Notes: a model not told the origin generated them from the letters alone. A stretch of DNA of 64,000 bases from Candidatus Multivoradales bacterium (GCA_965223325.1 CBDCWI010000002.1:64001-128000); one strand, 5' to 3'; counted from the stretch's first letter, positions 28,992-39,459 are shown. A program made the numbers and translations.

Positions 28992-30533
28992 TCATTGCTT
29001 GGCGGCGAAACGACCCGGAAGCACGAGTGCCAGGTTGTCGAGCAGGCGACGCCAGAGACTCGGACCGAAGAGCCGCAACGCGACGACGAACGAGAGCGCT
29101 CCAACCGCGACCAGGACGAGCATGTGCCAGGGCTCGCCGAGAGCCTCCAGCGCCTCGATGCGACGGGCGGCCAGCGTCGACGCCGCGGTCGCCAGGGCAG
29201 CCAGGAGAGGAGCGCCCAACGCGCGCAGGTAGGCCAGCGCATCGAGGCCGAGAAGTCTTCGTCCCAAGAGCAGTTCGAGAGGCACGGCCAAGAGAGCAGC
29301 GGCAGCCATCGACCACGCCACCTGCGCCAGATCGGCTCCGAGGGTTGCCGCCCCGGCGAGGACGACCAGGATGAGTGCGGTGGCAGCCAGGTCGAGCCGC
29401 AGGCGTTCCCTCATCCGGGAGATCGCGGCGAGCCCACTCCTGATCGGCGATCCCAGGGTGAGCGCCAGTCGGTACGCGCAGAGAGCCTGAACCACCGGCA
29501 CCGCCGGACTCCAGTCGGTGGCGCCGCGGTAGAGAAAGGGCACCAGCTGTGGCGCCAGGATCATCAAGCCGAACGCCAGGGGCGCAACTGCGACGGCCGA
29601 CAGCTGGGCTGCCTCCTGGACGGCACGGCGGAGGCGTTCCCGGTCGGACTGAAGGCGGCTCAGGGTCGACCAGATGACCGGGCCGACCGCCGCGCCGATC
29701 ATGCCCACCAGTCCGCCGACGAGACCCTTGCCGATCTCGTAGAAGCCCAGCGCGTCCTTGCCGAGCAGGGTTCCGAGGAGTAATACGTCACCCCGTTCCC
29801 GGGCGGTGGTGGCGATCTGCACGCCGATCATGCGGGAGCCGAAGTGCAGCAGCTCGAGGTAGGCTTTCCACGAACAACGGAGCGCCGGGCGCCAGCCGGA
29901 AGCGATCCACAAGACGACCAGAGAGACGGCCTGCGAAACCAGGTGCATCCACACCAGGGCGAAGGCGCCGGCGCCCCGGAGGGCCAGCACGACGCCCACG
30001 ATCGCTCCGGCGAGCCGGCCAATGACCGTTCTGAGGGCGAGAGCCCGAAAGTCGAGATGACGCCGCAGGAGGGCGTCGTGGGTGGCGCTCCCGGCGGTGA
30101 GCAGGAACGCCGCGGCGAGCCAGGGCAGGATCGAGATCAGGTCAGGCGTCCGCAAGAGAGCAGCAATCTGGCCCGCACCGAACAGCGTGGCGACCGCGAG
30201 CAGCGCGGCGAATGCCACGTTGCACCAGAACGCGGTGTCGAGATGAATGCGCAACAGGTCGCGACGCTGGACGATCGCTGCGCTCAGCCCCTGGTTGAGG
30301 AGCAGGGACATCGCGTCGATGAAGGCCAGGGCGAGCGCTACCAGGCCGATCTCGCCCGGCCCGATCAGGGCCGCCAGAACGAGGTAGACCACCCAGCGCA
30401 GGCCCTTGTCGGAAAACTGCTGGAGCGCCGACCAGAACGAGCCGCGAACGGCCGAACCGCGCAGGCCGCCGTCGCTGGCCCCAAGAGGAGGCTCGATGGC
30501 TTCTGAGTCGGGTCCCGGAGGTTCGCGTGGCAT
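28992..30533 (-). CDS. Polysaccharide flippase (Wzx/WzxC-like)
   Basis: LRGSAVRGSFWS, GLSAAIVQR, LDTAFW, LLRRHLDFRALA, GWRPAL, DVLLLGTLLGKDALGFY. Confidence 0.85.
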   Translation of the reverse strand: MPREPPGPDSEAIEPPLGASDGGLRGSAVRGSFWSALQQFSDKGLRWVVYLVLAALIGPGEIGLVALALAFIDAMSLLLNQGLSAAIVQRRDLLRIHLDTAFWCNVAFAALLAVATLFGAGQIAALLRTPDLISILPWLAAAFLLTAGSATHDALLRRHLDFRALALRTVIGRLAGAIVGVVLALRGAGAFALVWMHLVSQAVSLVVLWIASGWRPALRCSWKAYLELLHFGSRMIGVQIATTARERGDVLLLGTLLGKDALGFYEIGKGLVGGLVGMIGAAVGPVIWSTLSRLQSDRERLRRAVQEAAQLSAVAVAPLAFGLMILAPQLVPFLYRGATDWSPAVPVVQALCAYRLALTLGSPIRSGLAAISRMRERLRLDLAATALILVVLAGAATLGADLAQVAWSMAAAALLAVPLELLLGRRLLGLDALAYLRALGAPLLAALATAASTLAARRIEALEALGEPWHMLVLVAVGALSFVVALRLFGPSLWRRLLDNLALVLPGRFAAKQ

Positions 30534-30787
30534 GGAAGTGATGCTCACCCGTTCTGGCTCGGCAAGCAAGTGCTCGCCTGCGGTGGCAGAGCATCTTTGC
30601 GATTTGGTGGCATCTTGCGCATCGCCAGCGGGGGCTAGCGGTAGAATCCAGGTTCCTTCCGCCAATGTCCGCGAGCTGATCGTTCCAGCCCGCTCAGGCT
30701 CACACCGCTTCGCTTCGCCGAAGCATCTGCGGGCCGTAGGAGACCCAAGCCATGAAGCCAAGACCCTCCTCGCACCTCGTCGGTCGC

Positions 30788-32221
30788 ATGCGACTGTTGC
30801 TTCTGGTCGTGATCTCGGCCTCCTTGCTGCCGGCCTGTTCGATGAACCCGGCGACCGGTAAACGGCAGCTCAACTTCTTCTCGGAGGAGCAGGAGATTGC
30901 CATGGGCCGGGAGGGTAGTGACTCTTTCATCCAAAACTTTGGTCTCTACCCAGACGAGGAACTCCAGCAGCTGGTGGCCGAGATCGGTGCCGACCTGGCG
31001 GCGGCTTCGGAGCGGCCACACCTGCCGTGGCGTTTCGTGGTCATGGACGAGACGATCGTCAACGCCTACGCAATGCCCGGTGGCTTCATCCACATCACTC
31101 GCGAGATGCTCGCCCATATGAACTCGGAGGCCGAGCTAGCGGCAGTTCTGGGGCATGAGATCGGCCACGTCACGGCCCGGCACTCGGTCAACCAGATGAG
31201 CAAGCAGAGCATCGCGCAGGGCCTGCTGGCCGTCGGCATGATCGCCGCCGGGCCCGAGTACGCCCAGGACATCGGCCAGCTCGGTGGTGCAGCGGCTCAG
31301 ATGTTGTTTCTGAAGTATGGCCGCGACGATGAGTCGCAGGCCGACTCGCTGGGGCTTCGCTATACGGTCAGCGAGGGTTGGGATCCGGAGCACATCCCGG
31401 ATGTCTTTGCGACGCTCGGCCGGCTCGAGGCGTTTCATGGCGGCGGGCAGGCGATCCCGAACTGGGCGCGAAGCCATCCGACCGGGCAGGAGCGCGTGCG
31501 CCGACTCGAAGCGGAAATCGCTCAGATCGAGCCGATGGACGGTCGCTACGGCAGAGAAGAGTTTCTGGCGCGTCTCGACGGACTGATGTGGGGAGAGAAT
31601 CCGCGCGAGGGGTATTTCAAGGACGGGCGTTTCTACCACCCGGACATGGCGTTCTCGTTTCGCGTCCCGGAGAACTGGCGCAAGCTGAACCAGAAAGACG
31701 CCGTGCGGGCGCTCAGCCCGGAGGGTGACCTGATGGCCCAGCTGACCCTCGCGCAAGGCGGCGACGCTGAAACGGCAGCGCGCAACTTCTACTCGCAGCG
31801 GGGCATCGAGCGCGGTCGCACCGACTTCAGCCCGGTCAACGGAGTCAAGGCGTTCCGTGGCCAGTTCGGAGTGCCGCGACAAGGCGGCAACCTGGCCGGA
31901 ATCGTGGCGTTCTTCGAGCACCGAGGCACCGTTTTGCAGCTCACGACGTTCACCGTCGAAGAGCGCTATCGCAGTCTCGAGCGCTCGATGCTGGCGATCC
32001 TGGATAGCTTCGAAGAGGTCACCTCACCGGCCATTCTCAACGTCAAACCGCGGCGGCTACAAGTCGTGCGCGCCAGCCGAACGGCACCGCTGGCGCAGCA
32101 GCCCGGTCTCGACGGCCAGAACATCGCCGAGCTCGAAGTCATCAATGGGCTCGATCCCGGCGAGTCGATTCAGGCTGGGCAGCGGTTCAAGATCATCCAC
32201 GGCACCCTTCCGGGAGAATAG
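30788..32221 (+). CDS. M48 family zinc metalloprotease lipoprotein
   Basis: Lipobox LPAC-SMNPATG; VNAYAMPGG; HEIGH; YGRDDESQAD; SHP; LysM-like C-terminus. Confidence 0.88.
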   Translation: MRLLLLVVISASLLPACSMNPATGKRQLNFFSEEQEIAMGREGSDSFIQNFGLYPDEELQQLVAEIGADLAAASERPHLPWRFVVMDETIVNAYAMPGGFIHITREMLAHMNSEAELAAVLGHEIGHVTARHSVNQMSKQSIAQGLLAVGMIAAGPEYAQDIGQLGGAAAQMLFLKYGRDDESQADSLGLRYTVSEGWDPEHIPDVFATLGRLEAFHGGGQAIPNWARSHPTGQERVRRLEAEIAQIEPMDGRYGREEFLARLDGLMWGENPREGYFKDGRFYHPDMAFSFRVPENWRKLNQKDAVRALSPEGDLMAQLTLAQGGDAETAARNFYSQRGIERGRTDFSPVNGVKAFRGQFGVPRQGGNLAGIVAFFEHRGTVLQLTTFTVEERYRSLERSMLAILDSFEEVTSPAILNVKPRRLQVVRASRTAPLAQQPGLDGQNIAELEVINGLDPGESIQAGQRFKIIHGTLPGE

Positions 32222-32292
32222 ACCGCGCCGATCGGACGCGCCGCGAGGGAACTCGCCCCCGACGCGCCGACGTTACTCTCAGGTGACGACAG

Positions 32293-33765
32293 CTAGCGGC
32301 CACGGAGGAGCTGAAACTTGACCAGCTCCTTGTAGGAGATCTGGCTGTCGAGGTCTTCGCGTGCCAGCTTGACGTTCTGGTGCAGAGCCTCGAGCACCAT
32401 CTCGGCCAGGAACGCCTGGTCGGTTGCGCTCTCGGTTGGCGCGTGCTCGGCGACCAGGTCGAGGAGACCGGGTACACGGCCGAGCTCCGCTTGGTACTCG
32501 GAGAAAGGAGTTTCGTCGGAGAGGGTGACCGCGTTGCCGTCGGCGAACCAGGCAACGATGGCGGCATAGGGACCACTGTCGCCGTCGCCACCGCTACCAA
32601 CTTCTTTTCCGATCTCAGGGAACTCACGCTCGAACATGGCGCGCACGGCGCGCCCGATGATCTGCTTGACGACCACCTCGATGCCCTTTTGCTCCCCTTC
32701 GTAGACGATCTCGACCTTGCCGGTAATCGCCGGCATGATCATGTGAAAGTCACACAGGCGCGCGGCCGCAGGCGCTTCACCCAGCGTCACCGCCCGTCGC
32801 TCGAGGTTCGAAACCAGCACCTCGAGCGCCGAGATGGCGACTCGCGCGCTGACCCCCGAGCTCTGGTCGACCAGGTCGCTCTCGCGCGCCGCCAGGCTGA
32901 TTTCTTCGATCAGGAGCTGCGCCCGCTCGCCGACCGCGACCTGGGGTGCCGTTTCACCGCGTTCGGTCCACGCTTCCTGGGCCGTAATGCGGGCGGCGGT
33001 CTCGATGTCGGCGGGGTAGTGGGTCAGGATCTGTGACGCGATGCGATCTTTGAGCGGCGTGATGATGCTGCCACGATTGGTGTAGTCCTCGGGGTTGGCA
33101 GAGAACACCATTTGGATGTCGAGCGGAACCCGGATCGGGAAACCGCGAATCTGGAGATCGCGCTCCTCGAGAATGTTGAGCAGGCCGACCTGGATGCGCG
33201 GAGACAGGTCTGGCACCTCGTTGATCGCGAAGATGCCGCGGTTGGTGCGCGGCACGATGCCCCAGTGGATGACCTCCGGATCGGAAAAGGTGAGGTTCTG
33301 GTTGGCGGCTTTGATCGGGTCCACGTCGCCGAGCAGATCGGCGATTGAAACGTCTGGGGTGGCGAGCTTTTCGTTGTAGCGCTGGTCCCGTGAGATCCAG
33401 CGAATCGGAGCGTCGTCACCGTGCTCCTCGATCAAGCGTCGGCCAGTCACCGAGACCGGAGCGAGCGGATCATCGTTGAGCTCGCAACCCACGAGGGCCG
33501 GAATCTCCGCATCGAGCAGGTCGGTGAGGCCGCGCAGGAGACGGGTCTTGGCCTGGCCGCGCAAGCCGAGGAGAATCAGATCGTGACCGGCGAGAATGGC
33601 GTTGATCAAACCGGGAATGACGGTTCGATCGTAGCCGTGCACACCAGGAAAGAGAGGCGTGCGCTGCTCGAGATGCCGCAGGAGGTTCGCCCGCAGCTCG
33701 TCTTTGACCGTTCGGCTCTTGAAGCCGGCGCCGCGAAGACCGCCGAGAGTTTCTGGTTTCGTCAC
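32293..33765 (-). CDS. Mg-chelatase subunit I-like AAA+ ATPase
   Basis: Walker A variant GLRGQAKT; EKLATPDVSIADLLGDVDP; INEVPDL; SANPEDYTNRG. Confidence 0.85.
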   Translation of the reverse strand: MTKPETLGGLRGAGFKSRTVKDELRANLLRHLEQRTPLFPGVHGYDRTVIPGLINAILAGHDLILLGLRGQAKTRLLRGLTDLLDAEIPALVGCELNDDPLAPVSVTGRRLIEEHGDDAPIRWISRDQRYNEKLATPDVSIADLLGDVDPIKAANQNLTFSDPEVIHWGIVPRTNRGIFAINEVPDLSPRIQVGLLNILEERDLQIRGFPIRVPLDIQMVFSANPEDYTNRGSIITPLKDRIASQILTHYPADIETAARITAQEAWTERGETAPQVAVGERAQLLIEEISLAARESDLVDQSSGVSARVAISALEVLVSNLERRAVTLGEAPAAARLCDFHMIMPAITGKVEIVYEGEQKGIEVVVKQIIGRAVRAMFEREFPEIGKEVGSGGDGDSGPYAAIVAWFADGNAVTLSDETPFSEYQAELGRVPGLLDLVAEHAPTESATDQAFLAEMVLEALHQNVKLAREDLDSQISYKELVKFQLLRGR

Positions 33766-33795
33766 ACCTGACCTCGCTCTAGTAACGCTTGGATC

Positions 33796-34731
33796 TCAGT
33801 GACCGTCGAGCCAACGCTCGGCATCGAGAGCCGCCTGACAGCCAGTTCCCGCGGCGGTGATCGCTTGTCGATAGACCGGGTCCATGACGTCACCACAGGC
33901 AAAGACCCCGGCAACGTTGGTGGCCGTCGTCGGCGACTTGACCTTGATGTAGCCAACATCGTCGACGGTCAGGCGCTCCTTGAAGAGCTCGGTGTTGGGG
34001 CGGTGCCCGATCGCCAGAAAGAGCCCCTCGGTGGGGAACTCTTCTTCCTCGCCCGTCACGGTGTCGCGGAGCCGGACGGCCCGGACACCGTTCTCCTGGC
34101 TGCCGAGCACCTCGATGACCTCGGCGTTCCATCTCCAGGCGATCTTCTCGTTGGCTTGGGCACGATCCTGCATGATCTGTGAGGCGCGCAGCGCGTCGCG
34201 CCGGTGGACCACGGTGACCGTCGAGGCGAAGCGGGTCAGAAAGGTCGCCTCCTCCATCGCTGAGTCGCCACCACCGACGACGACGATCTCTTTGTCACGA
34301 AAGAAGAAGCCATCGCACGTGGCACAGGCTGAGACTCCAAAGCCCATCAACTTCTCTTCCGACGGGAGCCCGAGGAGACGGGCCGTGGCACCGGTGGCGA
34401 TGATCAAACTGTCGGCGGTGTATTGGCCCTGATCGCTCGTCACCTGGAAAGGCTGGACGTCGAGGTCGACCGCGGTGACCGTCTCGTGCCTGGCAACCGC
34501 GCCGAAACGAACCGCCTGCTCACGCATCTTCTCGATCAACTCGGGTCCCATGATGCCGGCGGGGAAGCCGGGGAAGTTCTCGACGTCGGTGGTGATGGTC
34601 AGCTGACCGCCGGGCTGCATGCCTTCGAGAATGAGAGGCTCGAGATCGGCGCGGGCGCTGTAGAGCGCCGCGGTCAGGCCGGCAGGGCCAGAGCCGATGA
34701 TGAGCACGGAGTGGTGGCTGGTGTCAGTCAT
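33796..34731 (-). CDS. trxB: Thioredoxin reductase
   Basis: [49 protein letters not shown]. Confidence 0.97.
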   Translation of the reverse strand: MTDTSHHSVLIIGSGPAGLTAALYSARADLEPLILEGMQPGGQLTITTDVENFPGFPAGIMGPELIEKMREQAVRFGAVARHETVTAVDLDVQPFQVTSDQGQYTADSLIIATGATARLLGLPSEEKLMGFGVSACATCDGFFFRDKEIVVVGGGDSAMEEATFLTRFASTVTVVHRRDALRASQIMQDRAQANEKIAWRWNAEVIEVLGSQENGVRAVRLRDTVTGEEEEFPTEGLFLAIGHRPNTELFKERLTVDDVGYIKVKSPTTATNVAGVFACGDVMDPVYRQAITAAGTGCQAALDAERWLDGH

Positions 34732-34893
34732 GACGGAACCTCAGGACACTGGGTTGAGAGAGCAGGTTGAGAGAGCACCCCGCGACGGGTCTTGCGCGGC
34801 GGAGAGTCCCAGGGCTGGTCGGTTCCGAGCGCGCGGTTGTGGCCGGCGATGAGGAGGCGGCCGGCAGTATAGCTTCGCCGGTGCGGGCGGGCC

Positions 34894-35895
34894 TCAGGCG
34901 TCGCTCTCGACCGTTGGTGCGACCTCAGCGAGAACCCCGAGGGTGTTGGATGCCGCCGCAATCAGGTTGTCCATCCCCGCCCAGAGGGCGAAGTGAGAGA
35001 CGCCCGGTCCCCTGTCGAGGACCCGCGGTGCCTCGACGTGGACGTGCTCGCTGCCGGCTATCGTCATCGCGTCGAGACCTTCGCCAGGTTGCGCGAGCTC
35101 GATGGCGGGAGACGACGCGAGCAGCTCGGTCGCGCGCCGGGCGCCGTCGGGGTCACGGCAGGTGACGTGGATCGAGGCACAGAGCGAGTGAAACACACCG
35201 GCGTTCAGGTGTTGGATGGACAGCGAAAGCTGAGGGTTGCCGGCGAAACTCCGCATCGCGTCCGCCAGCTCGTCCCCTCTCCCTGGAGACAGTTCGCTCT
35301 GGCTCAGGTTGAACGCCGTTCGATGGCCGAAGCGTGGCTTCTCGACAGTCTCGAAGGAAAGCATCGCGCGCGTCTCGTCAAAGAGCGCGTCGATACCGTC
35401 CTGGCCGTGCCGTGACACCGGGAGCAGAAGCGCTCCGCTGACCGTCAGAAGCTCGAGCTCGGCGAGGGCGACGACCAGGCGCGCCAGCAAGATCGCTGGA
35501 GCGTCACCGGTCGAGTAACTGGAGCGCGCCGCTGGTGGTCGCGGTGAGCCCTCTGTCGCGGCTGGTTGTCCGGCGATCCACAGCTGCGCGTCGTTTGGTG
35601 GATCTTCTGAGTCGCCGAAGAGCACCGGTACCTCGGTAGCGAGGCGGGCGCGGAACGCGGAGACGATGGCTTCGGGAAGGCTGCCGTCGCAAACCACCAC
35701 CGCACTCGTGTCATCGAGCTCGGCCTGGGTCGCGTCGGCCACCATGGCCGGCGCCCCTCGGACATCGATCAGGGCGCCAACCCCGTCGCTGTCGAGGGTC
35801 ATCGGCACGGCCTTGGGAAATCGCTGGTCGTCGTAGCGGCTCGAAATCTCGCGCCCGAGAAGCGAGCGTGGCTCGAGCAGGACGACACTCTTCAC
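34894..35895 (-). CDS. Aspartate-semialdehyde dehydrogenase-like protein, degenerate (Asd/Usg-like)
   Basis: LPVSRHGQDGIDAL, RTAFNL, AGVFHS and WAGMDNL match the Asd dimerisation domain; the nucleotide-binding Gly motif and catalytic Cys are not evident. Confidence 0.65.
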   Translation of the reverse strand: MKSVVLLEPRSLLGREISSRYDDQRFPKAVPMTLDSDGVGALIDVRGAPAMVADATQAELDDTSAVVVCDGSLPEAIVSAFRARLATEVPVLFGDSEDPPNDAQLWIAGQPAATEGSPRPPAARSSYSTGDAPAILLARLVVALAELELLTVSGALLLPVSRHGQDGIDALFDETRAMLSFETVEKPRFGHRTAFNLSQSELSPGRGDELADAMRSFAGNPQLSLSIQHLNAGVFHSLCASIHVTCRDPDGARRATELLASSPAIELAQPGEGLDAMTIAGSEHVHVEAPRVLDRGPGVSHFALWAGMDNLIAAASNTLGVLAEVAPTVESDA

Positions 35896-36674
35896 GGGGT
35901 CTCCTCTGAGGCCGGTGAAGGGACTCGCTTGCGGCCCCGCAGGAGGGTGTTCGAGCGCAACCAGACCAGCGGTCCCGAGGCGACGTAGACGGTGATGGCG
36001 ATGAGGAAGAAGAGTGCCGGGTTGAAGGCAGCCAGGAGCAACACGACGAGCATTGGCAGGATTGTGCGGTAGGACCAGCGCCGCCGCCCCCCGAGCTCCT
36101 TGAAGCTGTAGTAGCGAAAGGTCGAGAGCATGAGCGCTCCGAGCACCACCAGGGTGGCGAGAACGAAGGCCTGCGAGGTCCGCAGGAGATCGAGATCGCG
36201 TGGGGCGAAGAACAGCACCGTTGCGACGCCACCTGCTGCCGCCGGTGACGGCAGACCCACGAACCACCGTCGATCGGCCTGGGAGACCTGGACGTTGAAG
36301 CGCGCCAGCCGGGTGGCGGCGCAAACCACGTAGAAGAATGGGATCAACCAGCCGATGCGGCCGAGTTCTTCGAGGCCCCAGAAGTAGGCCATCAGCGCCG
36401 GCACGACGCCGAAGGAGAACTGGTCGGCCAGCGAGTCGTACTGCTTACCGAACTCTCCCTCGATCTTCATCGAGCGCGCCACCCGCCCGTCCAGGCTGTC
36501 GAGAATCGCGGCACCGAAAAGAAAGAAGGCGGCGCGCTCGAACTCGTTGCGCGTCGCCAGAACAAGCGCGAAGAAGGCCAGGAACATGTTGCCGATGGTC
36601 AACAGACTCGGCAGCAGGTAGGCACCACGGCGCAGGGCGCGGCCCCTACTCTCGTCCTTTGGGCGGGTACTCAC
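35892..36674 (-). CDS. pssA: CDP-diacylglycerol--serine O-phosphatidyltransferase
   Basis: LPSLLTIGN, DSLDGRVAR, FGKQYDSLAD, RLARFN, FVGLPSP; adjacent to psd. Confidence 0.92.
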   Translation of the reverse strand: MSTRPKDESRGRALRRGAYLLPSLLTIGNMFLAFFALVLATRNEFERAAFFLFGAAILDSLDGRVARSMKIEGEFGKQYDSLADQFSFGVVPALMAYFWGLEELGRIGWLIPFFYVVCAATRLARFNVQVSQADRRWFVGLPSPAAAGGVATVLFFAPRDLDLLRTSQAFVLATLVVLGALMLSTFRYYSFKELGGRRRWSYRTILPMLVVLLLAAFNPALFFLIAITVYVASGPLVWLRSNTLLRGRKRVPSPASEETP

Positions 36675-37354
36675 GACGGGCCACCGGTCGCGTTGGCGTC
36701 GAGGGGCGGTGGGGCGGTCGACGGATCGGTGGGCATGGCCAGCGGAGTCTCGCCAGCTCTCATCCGCTCTCCGACACGCACGAGCACTTCATACGATTCC
36801 GGCAAGATGACGTCGACGCGCGAGCCGAACTTGATCACTCCGAGATGCTCGCCGCGCCGGACCTGATCATCGATCCCGAGGTAGGGCACCACCCGTCTGG
36901 CGACCAGGCCGGCGATCTGGCGAATCCCGACGCGGTCGCCCTCGGTGCGCTCGAGCACCGTGAGTTGGTTCTCGTTGACGGCTCCGGCATCCTCGCGGTA
37001 CGCGGCGACTTTGCGACCACGGGTGAGCAAGCTGTTGACGACTCGGCCCTCGACCGGGGCTCGCTGCACGTGCACATCGAACACCGACAGGAACGTCACG
37101 ACGCGGCGCAAGGTCCCCGAACCGACGTCCGGGTCGTCGACCTCGTCGATCACCGTCACGACTCCATCGGCGGCCGCAGTGACCAGTTCGGGTGGGCCGT
37201 CGTGATCGCGGCGAGGATCCCGGAAGAACCAGGCAATCGCCAGGGCGAGGAGAACGAGAACGGTGGCGAGAATGGGGAGGCCGAGTACCAGCGCCACGAC
37301 TGCCAGAGCAGTCATCGGTAGGACGAAGGGCCAGGCCTCCTTGACGATGCTCAC
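36671..37354 (-). CDS. psd: Phosphatidylserine decarboxylase proenzyme
   Basis: WFFRDP, AADG, FLSVFDVHVQR, QIAGLVARR, IKFGSRVD self-cleavage motif. Confidence 0.92.
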   Translation of the reverse strand: MSIVKEAWPFVLPMTALAVVALVLGLPILATVLVLLALAIAWFFRDPRRDHDGPPELVTAAADGVVTVIDEVDDPDVGSGTLRRVVTFLSVFDVHVQRAPVEGRVVNSLLTRGRKVAAYREDAGAVNENQLTVLERTEGDRVGIRQIAGLVARRVVPYLGIDDQVRRGEHLGVIKFGSRVDVILPESYEVLVRVGERMRAGETPLAMPTDPSTAPPPLDANATGGPS

Positions 37355-37543
37355 AGGGTGTTCCTCATGGCCGCGGGGGCGTCCCACGCGGTTTGGTGCG
37401 GAAGGGCAGGAGAGAGGCGGCGCCCCGACGAGGCGCTGCCCATCGACTCTAACGAACGCTTCGGTTCGTGCGCTGGCCAGGCGAAGCAAGGGTGTGCCCG
37501 GCCGACCCTGAGAGCATGGTTCTCGGCAGTCCGAGGATGCCCG

Positions 37544-37762
37544 CTACGAACTGGCGTGGGCGCGGATCAGCTCTTCCATACGGTCTTTGAGATGCAGCTT
37601 GTGGACTTTGATCTGCTTGGCAGCGATTTCTTCTTCGCCAGAAAGCAACGTTTTCTCGAGCAGCGACTGCAGACGGAGCTCACAGTCTCGGTGCTCTTCG
37701 AAGAGGGCACGGAAGGTCTTGTCAGTTTCCAACAGTTTGTGCCGTGCCGTGTCGTGATCCAT
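37544..37762 (-). CDS. DUF465/YdcH-like small coiled-coil protein
   Basis: FRALFEEH...EEIAAKQIKVHKLHLKDRM. Confidence 0.75.
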   Translation of the reverse strand: MDHDTARHKLLETDKTFRALFEEHRDCELRLQSLLEKTLLSGEEEIAAKQIKVHKLHLKDRMEELIRAHASS

Positions 37763-38198
37763 GTTCGAGGGTTCCTTCGAGGAGTGGGTGTTGGGTTGGA
37801 ACCCTCAAGATCGAGCGGCGTGGCTGCAGATCAGCCGCGGCGCCCCTCCCGCTTGCCGTTGGCGCGCGTGAGGAGCTCACACTGCTTGCTGTGCAGTAGG
37901 AGCCGACCAGATCGGTTCCGCTTTGGTGGATGAAGACGACGCTTGCGTGGCGTTCGGCCGGCGGGTCGGCCGCCCTCCGAAGGCACGTGATGTCGCTGCG
38001 GGTTCACCCGGATCGTGTGCCCGGACCCTGGTCTCGAGAGCCTGGGGAGGCGTGTTTCGGTGTGCGCGCAGCGCGTCATCGTCATCCCAAGAGGGTAGCA
38101 AAGGCGCCCTTCTCTCGGCAACCGAAGAGCCTCCAGAGGGCGCCGTCGCAAGACGGCCCACGGCCCAACCGCAGAGGGGCTTTGGAGCCGTCGGGTAT

Positions 38199-38681
38199 TC
38201 AGGGTTTTGCGAGGCGCAGGACCAGCGCGTCGGTGCCGTCGGCGTAGTAGTGGGGGCGGATCCCAACCTCTTCGAAACCGAAGCTCCGGTAGAGGTTCCG
38301 TGCGGCAAGATTGTTCGATCGGACCTCGAGTAGCACCTGGGCCGCACCCCGCCCGAAGGCGTCCGCGAGCGCCGCCTCGACCAGGGCATGCCCCAAGCCC
38401 TGGCGACGCCTACTGGGGTCGACGGCCACCCGCAGGAGCTCGGTCTGGTCTCCGACCGTGCGCGTCGCGCAGTAGGCGTGGAGCTCATGCGGGTTGGTGC
38501 CACTGTGCGCGACGAGCAGAAGCGCCCCTTCGTCCTGGTGCAGAAACAGAAGCGACTCATGAGACCAGCTCTCGCTGAAGCACAGAGCCTCGAGGGCCGC
38601 CAGCTGCGGGAGGTCGGTTGAACGGGCACGCTCGATGAGGTCCGGGCCGCAGGCGGAGGAACGGTTGCGCGCCGCTCCCAT
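38199..38681 (-). CDS. rimI: Ribosomal-protein alanine N-acetyltransferase
   Basis: VAVDPSRRRQGLG, LEVRSNNLAARNLY, RPHYYADGTDA; follows tsaB. Confidence 0.88.
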   Translation of the reverse strand: MGAARNRSSACGPDLIERARSTDLPQLAALEALCFSESWSHESLLFLHQDEGALLLVAHSGTNPHELHAYCATRTVGDQTELLRVAVDPSRRRQGLGHALVEAALADAFGRGAAQVLLEVRSNNLAARNLYRSFGFEEVGIRPHYYADGTDALVLRLAKP

Positions 38682-39376
38682 CAGGCACCCGATGGTGCGT
38701 CCGCTTCGGCTTTCTGGCCCACCGAGGGCTCAACCAGGTAGAGCGGGTGCACAAGACTTCGAGGGTTCCACTCGAGGGCCGGTCTCGGAGGCGCACCGCT
38801 GGCCCAGGCGAGGGCGGTGGCGGCCAACCCGGGGGTAAAGAGCGTCCGCTGCGATTCCGGCGTCCTTTCGACCAGGGCGTCGGGCCCGTGGCAGCTGATC
38901 AATTCGGCTGTTCGAGACAGAAGCTCCTCCTCGGTGAGCGCCTCGGGTTCGGCGAGCGCTCGGAGTCTGTCTCCCTGGCGCTGGAAGCGCTGGCCGACCC
39001 ACAGATCGCGCCGAATCCTGACCACCGACAGGAAATCGTTCTCGCCGGCGACTCGCGAGGTGGCCGCGCGCGCCAGAAGCTCGAGTGCGCTTTCTGCCGT
39101 CGCCGGGACCGCGAGCGCACGCGCGAGACCGAGGGTCGTCGCGAGACCAATGCGAATGCCGGTGAAACTGCCGGGCCCCGAAACGGTGACGATGCCGGCC
39201 AGCTGGCGTGCTTCGAGCTGGCGCGCCCGGAGGAGCTTCTCGATCTCGGTGAGTAAGAGCTCTGAGGTGCGGCGCTGGGGAACCTCCGACACCAGGGTGT
39301 CGTGGACGCCAGTGCCGATCGCGACGGTGACGGTCGGAGAAGCCGTGTCGATGCAGAGATAGTAGGGAGGCACCAT
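38681..39376 (-). CDS. tsaB: tRNA threonylcarbamoyladenosine biosynthesis protein TsaB
   Basis: LCIDTAS, GPGSFTGIRIG, C-terminal PLY. Confidence 0.88.
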   Translation of the reverse strand: MVPPYYLCIDTASPTVTVAIGTGVHDTLVSEVPQRRTSELLLTEIEKLLRARQLEARQLAGIVTVSGPGSFTGIRIGLATTLGLARALAVPATAESALELLARAATSRVAGENDFLSVVRIRRDLWVGQRFQRQGDRLRALAEPEALTEEELLSRTAELISCHGPDALVERTPESQRTLFTPGLAATALAWASGAPPRPALEWNPRSLVHPLYLVEPSVGQKAEADAPSGA

Positions 39377-39459
39377 GGCTAGGGCATGCTAACGCCCCCC
39401 AACCGCTGGCGGTGGGAGAGCCCTGAGGACACGCCGCAGGCGCTCTCTATACTGGTCTC

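Noticed and set aside
30570-30625. Sigma-54 promoter at TGGCAGAGCATCTTTGC
   Set aside because: The GG-to-GC spacing does not fit the -24/-12 consensus.
37763-38198. 6S RNA or a known riboswitch in the rimI-DUF465 gap
   Set aside because: No long irregular rod with a central bubble and no recognisable aptamer consensus could be identified by eye.
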